Positions 10,411-20,300 of a stretch of DNA of 64,000 bases are shown in pieces. Below the pieces are notes generated by a model, which saw only the letters and a list, made by a program, of their open reading frames with translations, did not search any database and had not been told where the DNA came from. The position numbers and the translations under genes were made by a program. Within the stretch, counting starts at the first letter, position 1, and each line of letters begins with the position of its first letter. Origin of the DNA: a bacterium (GTDB taxonomy: Bacteria > UBA8248); the NCBI GenBank assembly GCA_965204535.1, contig CBDBEV010000001.1:608001-672000 (forward strand). Direction: 5' to 3'.

Positions 10411-10665
10411 ACCCGAAGCGCCGAATGGCGTCAGATTGCCGGATTCGTGAGAACGAGAGATGGGGGAACGTGTGCCGGAGAGAATGGCGAGCGGGAGCCG
10501 CCGCGGCGCTTGAGCGGACAGAGCGAGGGGTAAGAGGGGTGAGAGTGCTGAACCTTGCGCCTGGATTCACAAGCGGCAGGCGAACAGGGCGCTGCAGCTC
10601 GCGCTTTTAATCACAAGCAGTCGAACGACACGGGAAGCGATGGGCCGCGCCGCCGCCGGGCGACG

Positions 10666-12447
10666 GAGACTGTGAAAGTATTCCCACGATTCTGGTGGGT
10701 GACGCTGGCGAGCGATGCCCGGGTTGTCTGTACATGCTATCTTTACCGGTGAGTGAGATAACCACATAAAGGGTCACCACCATGTCCGAGAGACGTTATC
10801 AGGAGGTGCAGTCCCGAAGCCAGATGATGCTGCTTCCGCCGTGTCTGGACGACTACGTGTCCGAGCACAATGCGGTGCGCGCGATCGATGCGTTCGTCGG
10901 CACGCTGGACCTGGAGGCGCTGGGGTTCGCGCATGCCGAAGCGAACTGCGGCGCCGGTCAGCCGGCTTTCGACCCGGCGCTGCTGCTGAAGCTGTATCTG
11001 TACGGCTACCAGCACCGGGTACGGAGTTCGCGCCGTCTCGAAGCGGAGACGCGGCGCAATCTGGAAGTGATCTGGCTGTGCCAGGGTGCGACGCCGAGCT
11101 ACAAGACGATTGCGGATTTTCGCAAGAACAATGTGGCTGCGCTGCAGGAGGCCAACCGGGAGTTCGTGCTGCTGTGCCGCGAACTCTCGCTGCTGGGCGG
11201 CAGCCGGGTGGCGGTCGACGGGACTTTTTTGAAGGCCGATGCGAACCTGGACAGCTTCCAAACCAAGCGGTCCCTGGCAAGGGACCTGAGGCGTTTGGAG
11301 AAGAGGATTGCGGCGTATCACCGGCAGTTGGACGAGGCGGATGCGCGCGGGGAGGAGTGTGGGGACGGTTCGGAGGATCCGGACCTGCCGGTGAAGCTCA
11401 AGGCCTTGATCGAGAGGCAACAAAAGAAGAAGGCACTGCAAGAGCATTTGCAGGAAAGCGGAGAGCGTCAGGTATCGGGGGTCGATGCAGATGCTCGACT
11501 TCTGAGGAACGGCGATATAATGGTGGGCGGATACAACTGCCAGATCGCGGTGGACGACAAGCACAAGCTGATTGTCGCGGAGGATGTGGTGCAGGACGGC
11601 AATGACTCCGCTCAGTTGGAGCCGATGATGACGAAAGCCGGCGAAGCCATGGGCAGCGAACGCCTGGTCGGCCTGGCGGATTCGGGCTACTTCAACGGCG
11701 CACAGTTGAAGAGTTGCGAAGACAAGGGAATGGAGGTGTATGTTCCGATACCGAACCAGACGGCCCGCAAGGGCAAGGACGGACGATTCGGCAGCGATGA
11801 ATTCCGTTACGATGCGCAGGATGACACGTATGTCTGTCCGGCCGGAGAGCGTCTGGTTCGAGGCGGCACGACCACCGTCAGGGGCAGGCTGTATTACTTT
11901 TATCGCGGGACGGCGGCGGTTTGCCGGGACTGTTCGTTGTCGGGCCGATGCCTGACAAAGTCGAGATCGACGCGCAGGATACAACGCTGGGAGCATGAGG
12001 ACGTGGTGGACCGGCATCGCAAGAAGATGAACGCCCGTGTGCCATTGATGCGCGGGCGAAGCACACTCGTCGAACATCCATTCGGTACGATCAAGCGCTG
12101 GGCGGGGATGGATCATTTTGTGATGCGCGGACTCGGCAAATGCCGCGGCGAATTCAGCCTGATGACGCTGGGTTACAACTTCAAGCGGGTCATGCGTGTG
12201 CTGGGCGGAGCTGCATTTGTGGAGCATTGTCTGCAAAAACAGCGGTTGGGGACGAATGGCGTGTGAACTTGAAGCCGATTCTTCGAGGACTTGACCGCGA
12301 CCCCGAGCTGACCGGCCGCCGAGACGTTTCTCTCCCGGCTCTGCGGTGTTGTTGCTCCCGAAGTTGAAGACAGTGTCCGGCCATCGGGCTGCAAGCGTAA
12401 GCGAGCCCTGTTCCGGAGACTGTGAAATCCAATACTCTCACAGTCTC
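10666..12447 (+). mobile_element. IS1182-family insertion sequence with 12-bp target-site duplication
   Basis: IRL GAGACTGTGAAAGTA (10666-10680) and IRR TACTCTCACAGTCTC (12433-12447). Direct repeat CGCCGGGCGACG at 10654-10665 and 12448-12459. Confidence 0.92.
10782..12266 (+). CDS. IS1182-family transposase
   Basis: LLKLYLYGY…SSRRLE, PSYKTIADFRK, VAVDGT, GYNCQIAVD, LADSGYF and VEHPFGTIK motifs. Confidence 0.95.
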   Translation: MSERRYQEVQSRSQMMLLPPCLDDYVSEHNAVRAIDAFVGTLDLEALGFAHAEANCGAGQPAFDPALLLKLYLYGYQHRVRSSRRLEAETRRNLEVIWLCQGATPSYKTIADFRKNNVAALQEANREFVLLCRELSLLGGSRVAVDGTFLKADANLDSFQTKRSLARDLRRLEKRIAAYHRQLDEADARGEECGDGSEDPDLPVKLKALIERQQKKKALQEHLQESGERQVSGVDADARLLRNGDIMVGGYNCQIAVDDKHKLIVAEDVVQDGNDSAQLEPMMTKAGEAMGSERLVGLADSGYFNGAQLKSCEDKGMEVYVPIPNQTARKGKDGRFGSDEFRYDAQDDTYVCPAGERLVRGGTTTVRGRLYYFYRGTAAVCRDCSLSGRCLTKSRSTRRIQRWEHEDVVDRHRKKMNARVPLMRGRSTLVEHPFGTIKRWAGMDHFVMRGLGKCRGEFSLMTLGYNFKRVMRVLGGAAFVEHCLQKQRLGTNGV

Positions 12448-12485
12448 CGCCGGGCGACGACGACGCGACCCGAGGAGTGTTCACA

Positions 12486-13439
12486 TCAGGCGGCCACGCG
12501 TTGCACGGGGATACCGAGGGTGCGGGCCTTGTCGACGAGGTTGTCGGTGATGCCCGAACCGGGGAACGCGATCACGCCCTTGGGGAGGAGGGAGAGCAGC
12601 TCGTCGTTGCGCCGGAAGGGAGCGGCCCGACCGTGTGCGTCCCAGTCGGGCTTGCAGACGATCTGGTGGACGCCGTTCCGCTCGGCCCATCCTGCCGCGA
12701 CCTTCTCGGCGCCGGGGCCGCCGCCGTGGACGAGGACGACGTCGGCGTACTTGGCTTTCAGCTTGTCGAGCTGGCCGATGATTTTACCCGCGTCGGTGGC
12801 TTCCTTGCCGCCCGCGACGGCGACGAGGGTTCCCTGGGGGAGGTGGGCCGTGTTCTCGCGGTCCTTTCTCGCGCGCTGGAAATCGCGCGCCTCGATCACC
12901 GCAGAGGTCAGCTTGCCGGTCTGCGAGACGTGCGATCCTCGCCTGGGCCGCCATACCTCGCCGGTCTCGACGCGGTAGGCCTCGGCGGCCGTGTCGCGCA
13001 GTCCTTCGAAGGCGTCGCGGCGGGCGGTGAGATTCCCGGCGCGGTCGGTGGCGAGTTCGAGTTCGCGAGACCTGATCTCGGAGCCGTCCTGCTCGCGCTG
13101 CATTTCACGGATGCCGGGGATGAGCTTGTCGGCGGCGCGGTCGAGCCGCTGTGTCTGGGCGTCGAGGGTGTTGACGAAGCCCCACAGGAGACTCGCCCGC
13201 TCGTCGGCGAGTTGCGTTCCGTCGGGTGCGGCTTCAGCGAGTGCGGCGAATGCCTTGAGGACGGCGGCGGTGGACTCCGCCTCGCCCCAGACGGGCCGGT
13301 TGTCGAACTCGTCCGGTCCGGGGGTGGCGCCGAAGAGTGCTGCCTGTTCGCAGACCATGGCGGTGAAGGATTCGTTCTGCGCTTCGATGTTGTCGACCTC
13401 GTGCATGATCATCTCCTTGTGTGTCTCGGTGGCGTTCAT
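12486..13439 (-). CDS. DUF2493 / YspA-like SLOG domain protein of ICE/plasmid leading regions
   Basis: C-terminal VAVAGG…VLVHGGGPGAEKVAAGWA…AAPFRRND…FPGSGITDNLVDKAR. Confidence 0.85.
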   Translation of the reverse strand: MNATETHKEMIMHEVDNIEAQNESFTAMVCEQAALFGATPGPDEFDNRPVWGEAESTAAVLKAFAALAEAAPDGTQLADERASLLWGFVNTLDAQTQRLDRAADKLIPGIREMQREQDGSEIRSRELELATDRAGNLTARRDAFEGLRDTAAEAYRVETGEVWRPRRGSHVSQTGKLTSAVIEARDFQRARKDRENTAHLPQGTLVAVAGGKEATDAGKIIGQLDKLKAKYADVVLVHGGGPGAEKVAAGWAERNGVHQIVCKPDWDAHGRAAPFRRNDELLSLLPKGVIAFPGSGITDNLVDKARTLGIPVQRVAA

Positions 13440-13460
13440 CGTTCACTCCTTTCGTTGTCC

Positions 13461-13835
13461 TCAAGCGAGGGGATGGTTGAATTCGGGAAGAGCGTAGCCA
13501 CGCTCGTTGCGCCCCACTTCTTTCGGCATCTCGTCGAGATACCTGGCGGCCCACTCGGCGGCGCGCGCGAGTACGTCGCCGTGGCACGGGAGGGGATGGC
13601 AGTGGCAGCCGAGCTCGCAGCCATGGAGGTCGGCGAGTTCGTAGAGGTCCTGCTCCTGACGCCGGATTCTTTCCCACAGCCATTGCCGGTACTTCTCGAT
13701 GACGTCGTCGCGCTCGCCGTCCTTGCCGACCCGGAAGGGGTTTCCCCACTTCGTCCTGCGGTCGATCCTGACCAGCAATCCGCCGCCGAATTGAGGCGCA
13801 ACGTAGTCGTTCAGGTTCACCACGGTGGTTTCCAT
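13461..13835 (-). CDS. DUF4326 domain protein
   Basis: RIDRRTKWGNPF…VIEKYRQWL…LGCHCHPLPCHGDVL. RBS AAGGAG. Confidence 0.85.
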   Translation of the reverse strand: METTVVNLNDYVAPQFGGGLLVRIDRRTKWGNPFRVGKDGERDDVIEKYRQWLWERIRRQEQDLYELADLHGCELGCHCHPLPCHGDVLARAAEWAARYLDEMPKEVGRNERGYALPEFNHPLA

Positions 13836-13870
13836 GCCTTTCTCCTTCGTAGAGAGTTAACGGATGCGCT

Positions 13871-14061
13871 TCTTAGCGCCCCATTTTCAGCACGTGCTAG
13901 GCGTGGGCGTCAGGGGCGGTTTTCAGTCTTTTTTCACCCGGAGGGCGCGCAGCGGAAAAAATCCACGCTTCACCGATTTTTTCTGAAAAAAGATGCTTTT
14001 GCGTTTTTTGCAAAAGCACCCTTGACCCCGCGCCGTGCGTGCTAAAATGGGGACGCTAAGA
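13871..14061 (+). promoter_or_regulatory. Frpo/ssi-like single-stranded DNA promoter hairpin
   Basis: Imperfect inverted repeat of about 45 bp (13871-13916 vs 14019-14061). The 3' arm carries TTGACC (14022) and TGCTAAAAT (14040-14048). Internal hairpin TGCTTTTGC/GCAAAAGCA. Confidence 0.6.
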
Positions 14062-14344
14062 GAGAGAGGGTAGTACCGCCACCGGGACACAAGAGCCTCT
14101 GGTGTTTCACGATGAAGGCGAAGCTCATCGGGAAACAATCTCTTATGCTGCGGAAAGGGTCATTTCGGGCCGTTTTTCCGGCCCGAAATTCCCGCAGCGG
14201 GGGGTGGACTGAGCCACTATTCAGAATATGGGATGATTGCAGGTCCAAGCCGATCTTCCGGGAACATGGTTCATCGTTCACGGAACCGGAGATTTACCAG
14301 GTGTTCCCGGTAGACGAGAGAGCAGGCACCTCTGGATCACGATC

Positions 14345-14378
14345 AAAAAAAGGGGCCGACGCCGAAGCGCCGACCCCT
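14345..14378 (-). terminator. Rho-independent terminator after ssb
   Basis: Minus strand AGGGGTCGGCGC-TTCG-GCGTCGGCCCC followed by a T run. Confidence 0.7.
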
Positions 14379-14385
14379 AGTGAGC

Positions 14386-14823
14386 CTAGAACGGGATGTC
14401 GTCCCCGGCTACGCCTGCGGGCACCGTCGCCTCGGCGTGCGCGCCGTTACCGTTGCCATTGCCGTTCCCGTTCACCTTGTCCAGGAACTGGACACGCCCG
14501 CCCGGGGCGATCAGGATCTCGGTCGAGAACCGATCGGAGTCCTCCTCGTCCTTCTTCCAGCGGCGGGTCTGGAGCTTGCCCGCGACGTAGACCAGGCGGC
14601 CCTTCTTCGCGTGCTTCTCGAACATATCGACCAGCCCGGGCTGGAAGGTGACGACCCGGTGCCACTCGGTCTTGTCCACCCGCTCGCCGGACTGCTTATC
14701 GATGTAGCCCTCGTCCGTCGCGATGGACAGGTTGGCGACGCGGCCGCCGCTCGTGAGGTGGTTGATGTCGGCGTCGGCGCCGAGACGCCCGATCAGTTCC
14801 GCTCTGTTGAGTCCGAATGCCAT
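14386..14823 (-). CDS. ssb: Single-stranded DNA-binding protein
   Basis: LNRAELIGRLGAD, KTEWHRVV, KGRLVYVAGKLQTRRW and C-terminal DDIPF. Confidence 0.95.
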   Translation of the reverse strand: MAFGLNRAELIGRLGADADINHLTSGGRVANLSIATDEGYIDKQSGERVDKTEWHRVVTFQPGLVDMFEKHAKKGRLVYVAGKLQTRRWKKDEEDSDRFSTEILIAPGGRVQFLDKVNGNGNGNGNGAHAEATVPAGVAGDDIPF

Positions 14824-14900
14824 GATGATTCTCCTTCGTGGTGTGAGTGTGAAAAAGTGATGAGAGGGAGAGAGCCTTTCTCTCCACCCCCCGGTTCGCC

Positions 14901-15032
14901 CTACACGCTACAAAACTCCTCCTCGCCCCCCGCCTCGTCGCGCAGCTTGCGGATCGTGTAGGCGTCGAGTCCGAGCTCTGCGAGCAGTTCGTCCGTAGTG
15001 GGAACATCGACGTCGAAGTCGTTCTCGTACAT
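14901..15032 (-). CDS. Small acidic hypothetical protein (43 aa)
   Basis: AGGAGG RBS, then MYENDFDVDVPTTDELLAELGLDAYTIRKLRDEAGGEEEFCSV; co-oriented with its neighbours. Confidence 0.5.
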   Translation of the reverse strand: MYENDFDVDVPTTDELLAELGLDAYTIRKLRDEAGGEEEFCSV

Positions 15033-15669
15033 GGCCAAGCCTCCTATCGGTTGTCGCACCCGGCAGCAGGAGTTGGAGACCGTCTCCCTCTCCCTACCGG
15101 GCATTTGCCCGGCTCCCCGCTTCGCTCTTCCTCTTGGGAGGAGGGGTTCCACCGGTGTCGGAACTTTCGTGGGCCGTGAGCGGCCTCCGTCCCGACCGGG
15201 TAGTCCCGGAGACAGACGCAAGCGGAAGCCCACCCGGGCCGGCGCGCGGTTAGGGATTCGGATGGATGAGGGGTGGGTGAACGGAGGCGTATCGAGGGGT
15301 GGGGGTTTCCGGGAGGCGCCGTTCTTGTCATCGCCAATGAGGTTAATCGTCGGTGCTCTCGCGCCGCAGGCCGGTTTGTCGGCGACCGCGGCGGCAGGGA
15401 CGGCGGTGTCACGGTGGCGGCGTTACCGGTGGCGGGACTGCTCTGCCGGGTTGCGGCCGCCCCGTGTGGTCGTATCCGGTCTCGTGGCTCGGCGGGGTAG
15501 ACTTCCCCCCGCCCCCGGCGAGAATGAAACCGGACGGCTTCGGGACGGCGATAAGTATCCGCCGAGCGGCGGAGGCGAGGCCGGCGTCAAGCACTCCCTC
15601 GCCGGTCGGATAATACCCCCACCGGCGGCAGGCCGGCTGCACGTGCAGGCGCGGCCGCCTGACTCCCGG

Positions 15670-15897
15670 TTACGACCACAGCGGGTGTGTATCGACGAGG
15701 TGCTGCGCGACCTCGCGGATGCGGCGGCGTTCGTGCACGCGCCGGGGACCCCGGGGATCCTCGTCGAGGTGCACGACGTAGAAGACTTGGCCGGGGGCGA
15801 GGATATCGTCGCGGCGGTAGACGTTGCCGACATACTCGTCCCCGGCGTAGATGCGGGACTCGTGCGGGGCGATCTGCTTGAAGGTGATGCTGTCCAT
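15670..15897 (-). CDS. Small hypothetical protein
   Basis: GAGGAGAG RBS, then MDSITFKQIAPHESRIYAGDEYVG…; co-oriented in the module. Confidence 0.6.
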   Translation of the reverse strand: MDSITFKQIAPHESRIYAGDEYVGNVYRRDDILAPGQVFYVVHLDEDPRGPRRVHERRRIREVAQHLVDTHPLWS

Positions 15898-15930
15898 TCT
15901 CTCTCTCCTCTCACCGGGGCTTCGCCCCAC

Positions 15931-16926
15931 TCAGACCCCCTCCTCTCCGACTCCCGCGAGGCGGAAGAGCGGAGCGAGCCGTGAGGCGAGGACAGGGGCG
16001 CCGAGCGAAGCGAGGTCGTCGTTGAAGTCTCCGCGTTCGGAGACGATGACGCGGGCGGCGACCCCGGCTCGTGCGCAGCGCGCGGCGAGGCGTTCCGTCG
16101 CTCTCTCGCCTTCCGGGTCGTTGTCCCTTGCGACGATGAGACAAGAGACCCCCTCGGGCGGGACGAAGGCGCCGAGGCTGCCCGCGGAGAGGGCGGCCGC
16201 GGCGGGGACCCGGGGCGCCGCGGTGACTACCGAGAGAACCGTCTCGATGCCCTCCCCGACCAGGAGGGCGGCGCCGGGGGCGCCGAAGCGAACGGCGTGT
16301 CCGAAGACCCGGCCGAGCGCCTTGCGGGACGGGAGGACGCCGGCCTTGGCGGACGAACCGGGATCGATCCAGGTGCGGTGGACGCCGTGGAGCGCGCCTT
16401 CGGTGTCGGTCACGGCGGCGACCAGGGCGGGCAGGCGTCGGCCGGCTTCACGGTGGTAGAGCGCGGGGTGGAATCGCAGGGAGGGGAAGCGGAACCGCGT
16501 GATCCCCCGGGCGCGGAGGTAGGCCTCCCCCGGGCCGTTGTCGAGCGGACGGCAACCCCGCCAGATGCGCCCCGCCGCTTCCCTGGCGTCGTATGGAGGG
16601 CCCCCGCCCGTGGACGGCGGAGCGGGCAGGGCGAGGAAGGCGCGCGCCTCGTCCATGGCCGCGCGAAGCGTGGGCGCGGCGCTCCGGTGGCGGATCAGGT
16701 CGAGCAGGTCGCCGTGCTCCCCGGTGGCCGCGTCCGTCCACTTGCCCGGCGCGCCCGGAGGCTTCAGGCGGACGAAGAGCGAGCGTCCGGGCGAGCCTTC
16801 GAGGTTGCCCGCGACCCAGTAGCGGCCCTGCTTCTTGCCCCCGGGCAGGTATTGGCGGCAGACGTCCTCTGCGCGCGAGGCGAGTGCTGCGGCGATCCCG
16901 GCCGCGGGAGATGGTGTTCGAAGCAT
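15931..16926 (-). CDS. Toprim-domain (primase-like) protein
   Basis: GKWTDAATGEHGDLLDLI, EAYLRARGI, LHGVHRTWI, LLVGEGIETVLS and IVARDND. Confidence 0.88.
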   Translation of the reverse strand: MLRTPSPAAGIAAALASRAEDVCRQYLPGGKKQGRYWVAGNLEGSPGRSLFVRLKPPGAPGKWTDAATGEHGDLLDLIRHRSAAPTLRAAMDEARAFLALPAPPSTGGGPPYDAREAAGRIWRGCRPLDNGPGEAYLRARGITRFRFPSLRFHPALYHREAGRRLPALVAAVTDTEGALHGVHRTWIDPGSSAKAGVLPSRKALGRVFGHAVRFGAPGAALLVGEGIETVLSVVTAAPRVPAAAALSAGSLGAFVPPEGVSCLIVARDNDPEGERATERLAARCARAGVAARVIVSERGDFNDDLASLGAPVLASRLAPLFRLAGVGEEGV

Positions 16927-17012
16927 GGCGGACCTCCTCTGGATAATGAACAAAAAAAGAGACGGCGCGTGAACGCTCCCGCCCCGCCTGGCCGGCTGTG
17001 CACAAGGGGGGT

Positions 17013-17273
17013 TCAACCGGCGGGCTCGTCGTCCTGAGCGGGGCCCATCGAGCGCGCGGCCAGGGCGGACCAGGCCTCCCGATCCTTTCCGAGGCGGGCG
17101 TTCAGCCGATCGCAAAAGCGCTCCGCGTCTTCCAGGGTCAGGGCGATGAGGCCGGTGGGTATGCTCCCGCTCATCCCGTCGATGACGAGCCGTATCTCCT
17201 GCGGCGCGTCGGCCGGGCCGTAAGCCGGGCAGAAGGCGAAGTCGGGGTCTTCCGGCAGTATCTGTGAAGTCAC
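17013..17273 (-). CDS. Hypothetical protein
   Basis: Co-oriented ORF with AGGGAG RBS. The start codon (GTG 17273 vs ATG 17303) is uncertain. Confidence 0.5.
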   Translation of the reverse strand: MTSQILPEDPDFAFCPAYGPADAPQEIRLVIDGMSGSIPTGLIALTLEDAERFCDRLNARLGKDREAWSALAARSMGPAQDDEPAG

Positions 17274-17370
17274 GGTTAGATCTCCCTTGAATGATGAAGA
17301 CATCGTTATGATCCCCCGCCGGCCGGAGAAGCGCCGGCCATACGTATGGGTGCCGGCCGCACGCGCGGGT

Positions 17371-20300
17371 TCAGTCGGCGAGGGGACGCTCTTCGAGGAC
17401 GCGGCCGAGGACGGCTGCGTCGGGCGCGAAGACCCGCGCTCTCCAGGAGATGATCTCGACTGTACAGCCCGCGCGCTTGAGGGCGGTGAGCCGGCGGTCG
17501 TCGGGGCCTTCGATCTCCAGGCGCTGCGCTCCCATGACGCGGCGGCGCGTGAGGCGCCAGCCGTTCGCGAGGGTCAGGACCTCGCCGCGTCCCATGACGG
17601 CGTCGAAGGCCTCGTCTGGGCCGAGGGACGGCCCCCCGTCCAGACCGAAGGCGGCGCGCACGGCCCGGACGCCGGTTGCGTCGAGGGCGCGTCCGATCAT
17701 CGCCTCGCCCGCGTCGGTGGCGAGGCGCCGCACCCGCATGTTCTCCGCACCCAGGCGGTCCCAGACCGGAAGGAGGAGCCCCGTCACGAGCCAGAAGCGC
17801 GATTCCCGGTGCGAGGGGAGCGAGGCGACCTCTTCCTCCCAGAGGGAGCGCCACTCGGTTTCGCCCGCCTCGCGCCAGTTCGAGGCATCGAGTTCGGCTC
17901 TCGCCACCCCCTCCCGCGCCGCGGGCCTCAGAAGCCTTGCGCGTTCCTGCACGCCTCCGTCGTCGAACAGCATCGAGGGCGCGGGCAGGACGACGGCCGC
18001 ACGCCCCGAGCGGGCGTTCACGACGAGCGCGGTCGCGCCGGACTTACCTGCCGTCTCGAGCGCGGCGGCGGCGGTGACGGGCACGAGCCGGTCGCGGCGG
18101 AGGATCTCGACGAGGCCTGTTTCCGCCCCCGTCCCGGGGTGGGTGTAGAGGGTCTCGCTGCCGGCCGCCGTGAGCGAGTCCGCGCTCAGGGTCTCGACGC
18201 CGACCTCGTAGGTCCCCGCCTCGACGGCCGCCTCGATGTTGGACTCGACGCGGGATTCGAGTTCCGCGAACAGCGCGTTCTGCTCCGCTATGGGAAGCGC
18301 GAGCAGGCGATTCAGGAACCTGGGCATGGGCGGGAGGTCTTCTTTCAGCGATCCCTCGTAGGTGAGCTTGAGTCCCGTCGCCTCCTCGAAGCGCTCGAGG
18401 GACCAGCCGGGGAGACCGCCCCGCCACAAGGCGCCGTAGAACTGGCGCAGCGCCGCCCGGGCGTAGGGGCTTTCGAGGTTGTCGCCCGCGCGGAAGAGAG
18501 TGGCCTCGCTCCCGGCCATGGCGGTCTGGGAGTTGCGCTGTCCCCGCGTGATGGCGCCCAGGGAATCGAGCCGCCGCGCGATGGTGGCGATGAAGCGTTT
18601 CTCGCCCTTCACGTCGGTGGTCACGGGCCGGAAGAGCGGCGCCGAAGCCTGGTGCGTCCGGTGGGTGCGGCCCAGTCCCTGTATCGCCTGGTCCGCCCGC
18701 CAGCCTGGTTCGAGCAGGTAGTGGACCCTCCGCTGCGTATTGGCGGCGGAGAGGTCGGCGTGGTAGCTGCGCCCCGTGCCGCCCGCCATCGAGAAGACCA
18801 GGATCCGCTTGTCTCCGTCCATGAAGGCCGCCGTCTCGGCGAGGGAAGCCGATGCCGGGCGCGGACGGAGCGCGTGCCTGGTACCCTGCGCGTCCTCGAT
18901 CCGGAGCACTCTCCTGGAGCGGCCGGTCACCTCGGCCACGGCGTCGTGGCCGAAGCGGTGCACGATCTGATCCAGTGCTGAGGGCACGGGCGGCAGCGAA
19001 GCCAGCTTTGCTATCAGCGCCTCGCGTTTGGCGAGGGCCTCCTGGGAGAGGACGGGGTTTCCGTCCTCATCGACGGCGGGCCGGCTCATGAGGTTCCCCT
19101 CATCGTCTGTGAAGGGCTCCTGCAGCTGCACCGGGAAGGCGTGGGCGAGGAAGTCGAGCACGTATTCCCGGGGCGTGAGGTCGATCGAGAGGTCGTCCCA
19201 TTCAGACGCCGGGATCTCCGCGATCCGCCGCTCCATCAGGGCTTCTCCGGTGGAGACGAGCTGGATCACGGCCGAGCGGCCGGCGTCCAGGTCCGCCTCC
19301 ACGGCCCGGATGAGCGAGGGACACTTCATCGAGGTCAGGAGGTGGCCGAAGAACCGCTGCTTGGCGCCCTCGAAGGCGGAGAGGGCGGCTGATTTCGCGT
19401 TCTTGTTCAGCGTTTCCTCGCCCTGCATGATCCCGGTGGCCTCCAGCGCGTCCTGGAGGTTGGCGTGGATCACCTTGAAGGCGCCGGCGTAGGCGTCATA
19501 GATGCGGCGCTGTTCGGGACTCAGCGGGTGTTCGAGGATGTCGACCTCGATTCCCTCATAGGAGAGCGCCCGCGCCTGGTACAGCCCCAGGGCCTTGAGA
19601 TCGCGCGCCACCACCTCCATGGCGGCGACGCCCCCCGCCTCCATCGCGGTTACGAATTCCTCGCGGTTTTCGAAGGGGGTCTCTCCCGCGCCCCAGAGAC
19701 CCAGGCGGCCCGCGTAGGCGAGGCCGGTCACGGTGGTGGCGCCGGTGGCAGAGACGTAGAGGACCCGGGCGCCAGGAAGCGCGTTCTGGAGCCTGAGCCC
19801 CGCCCGTCCCTGGGCGGAGGGCTTGACGGCGCCGCGCGAGCCCCTGGAACCCGCCGCATTGGCCATGGCGTGCGACTCGTCGAACACGATCACGCCGCCG
19901 AAGCCGTGGAGGTCTTCCTCTTCGAGACCGCCCGCGAGCCAGGCGACCACCTGTTCGAGCCGCGACGCCTTGCCCTCCCGGGCCGGCGCGCGCAGCGTGG
20001 CGTAGGTCGCGAACAGGACCCCGCTCTCGTGCGGGATGTCGGCTCCCTGGCGGAAGCTGCCCAGCGGGATCACGTCCTCGGCGCTTCCCCCGAGGGCGCA
20101 CCAGTCCCTCCGGGCGTCTTCGAGCAGGTTGGCGGAGGCCGATAGCCAGAGCGCGCGCTTCCTGCCGCGGAGCATGTTGTCGAGGATGACCGCGGCCACC
20201 TGCCGGCCCTTGCCGCACCCCGTGCCGTCACCCAGCATCCAGCCCCGGCGGAACCGCACCGGCGCCGAGAGGACTTCGCCGTCTTCCGTTACGGCTTCCT

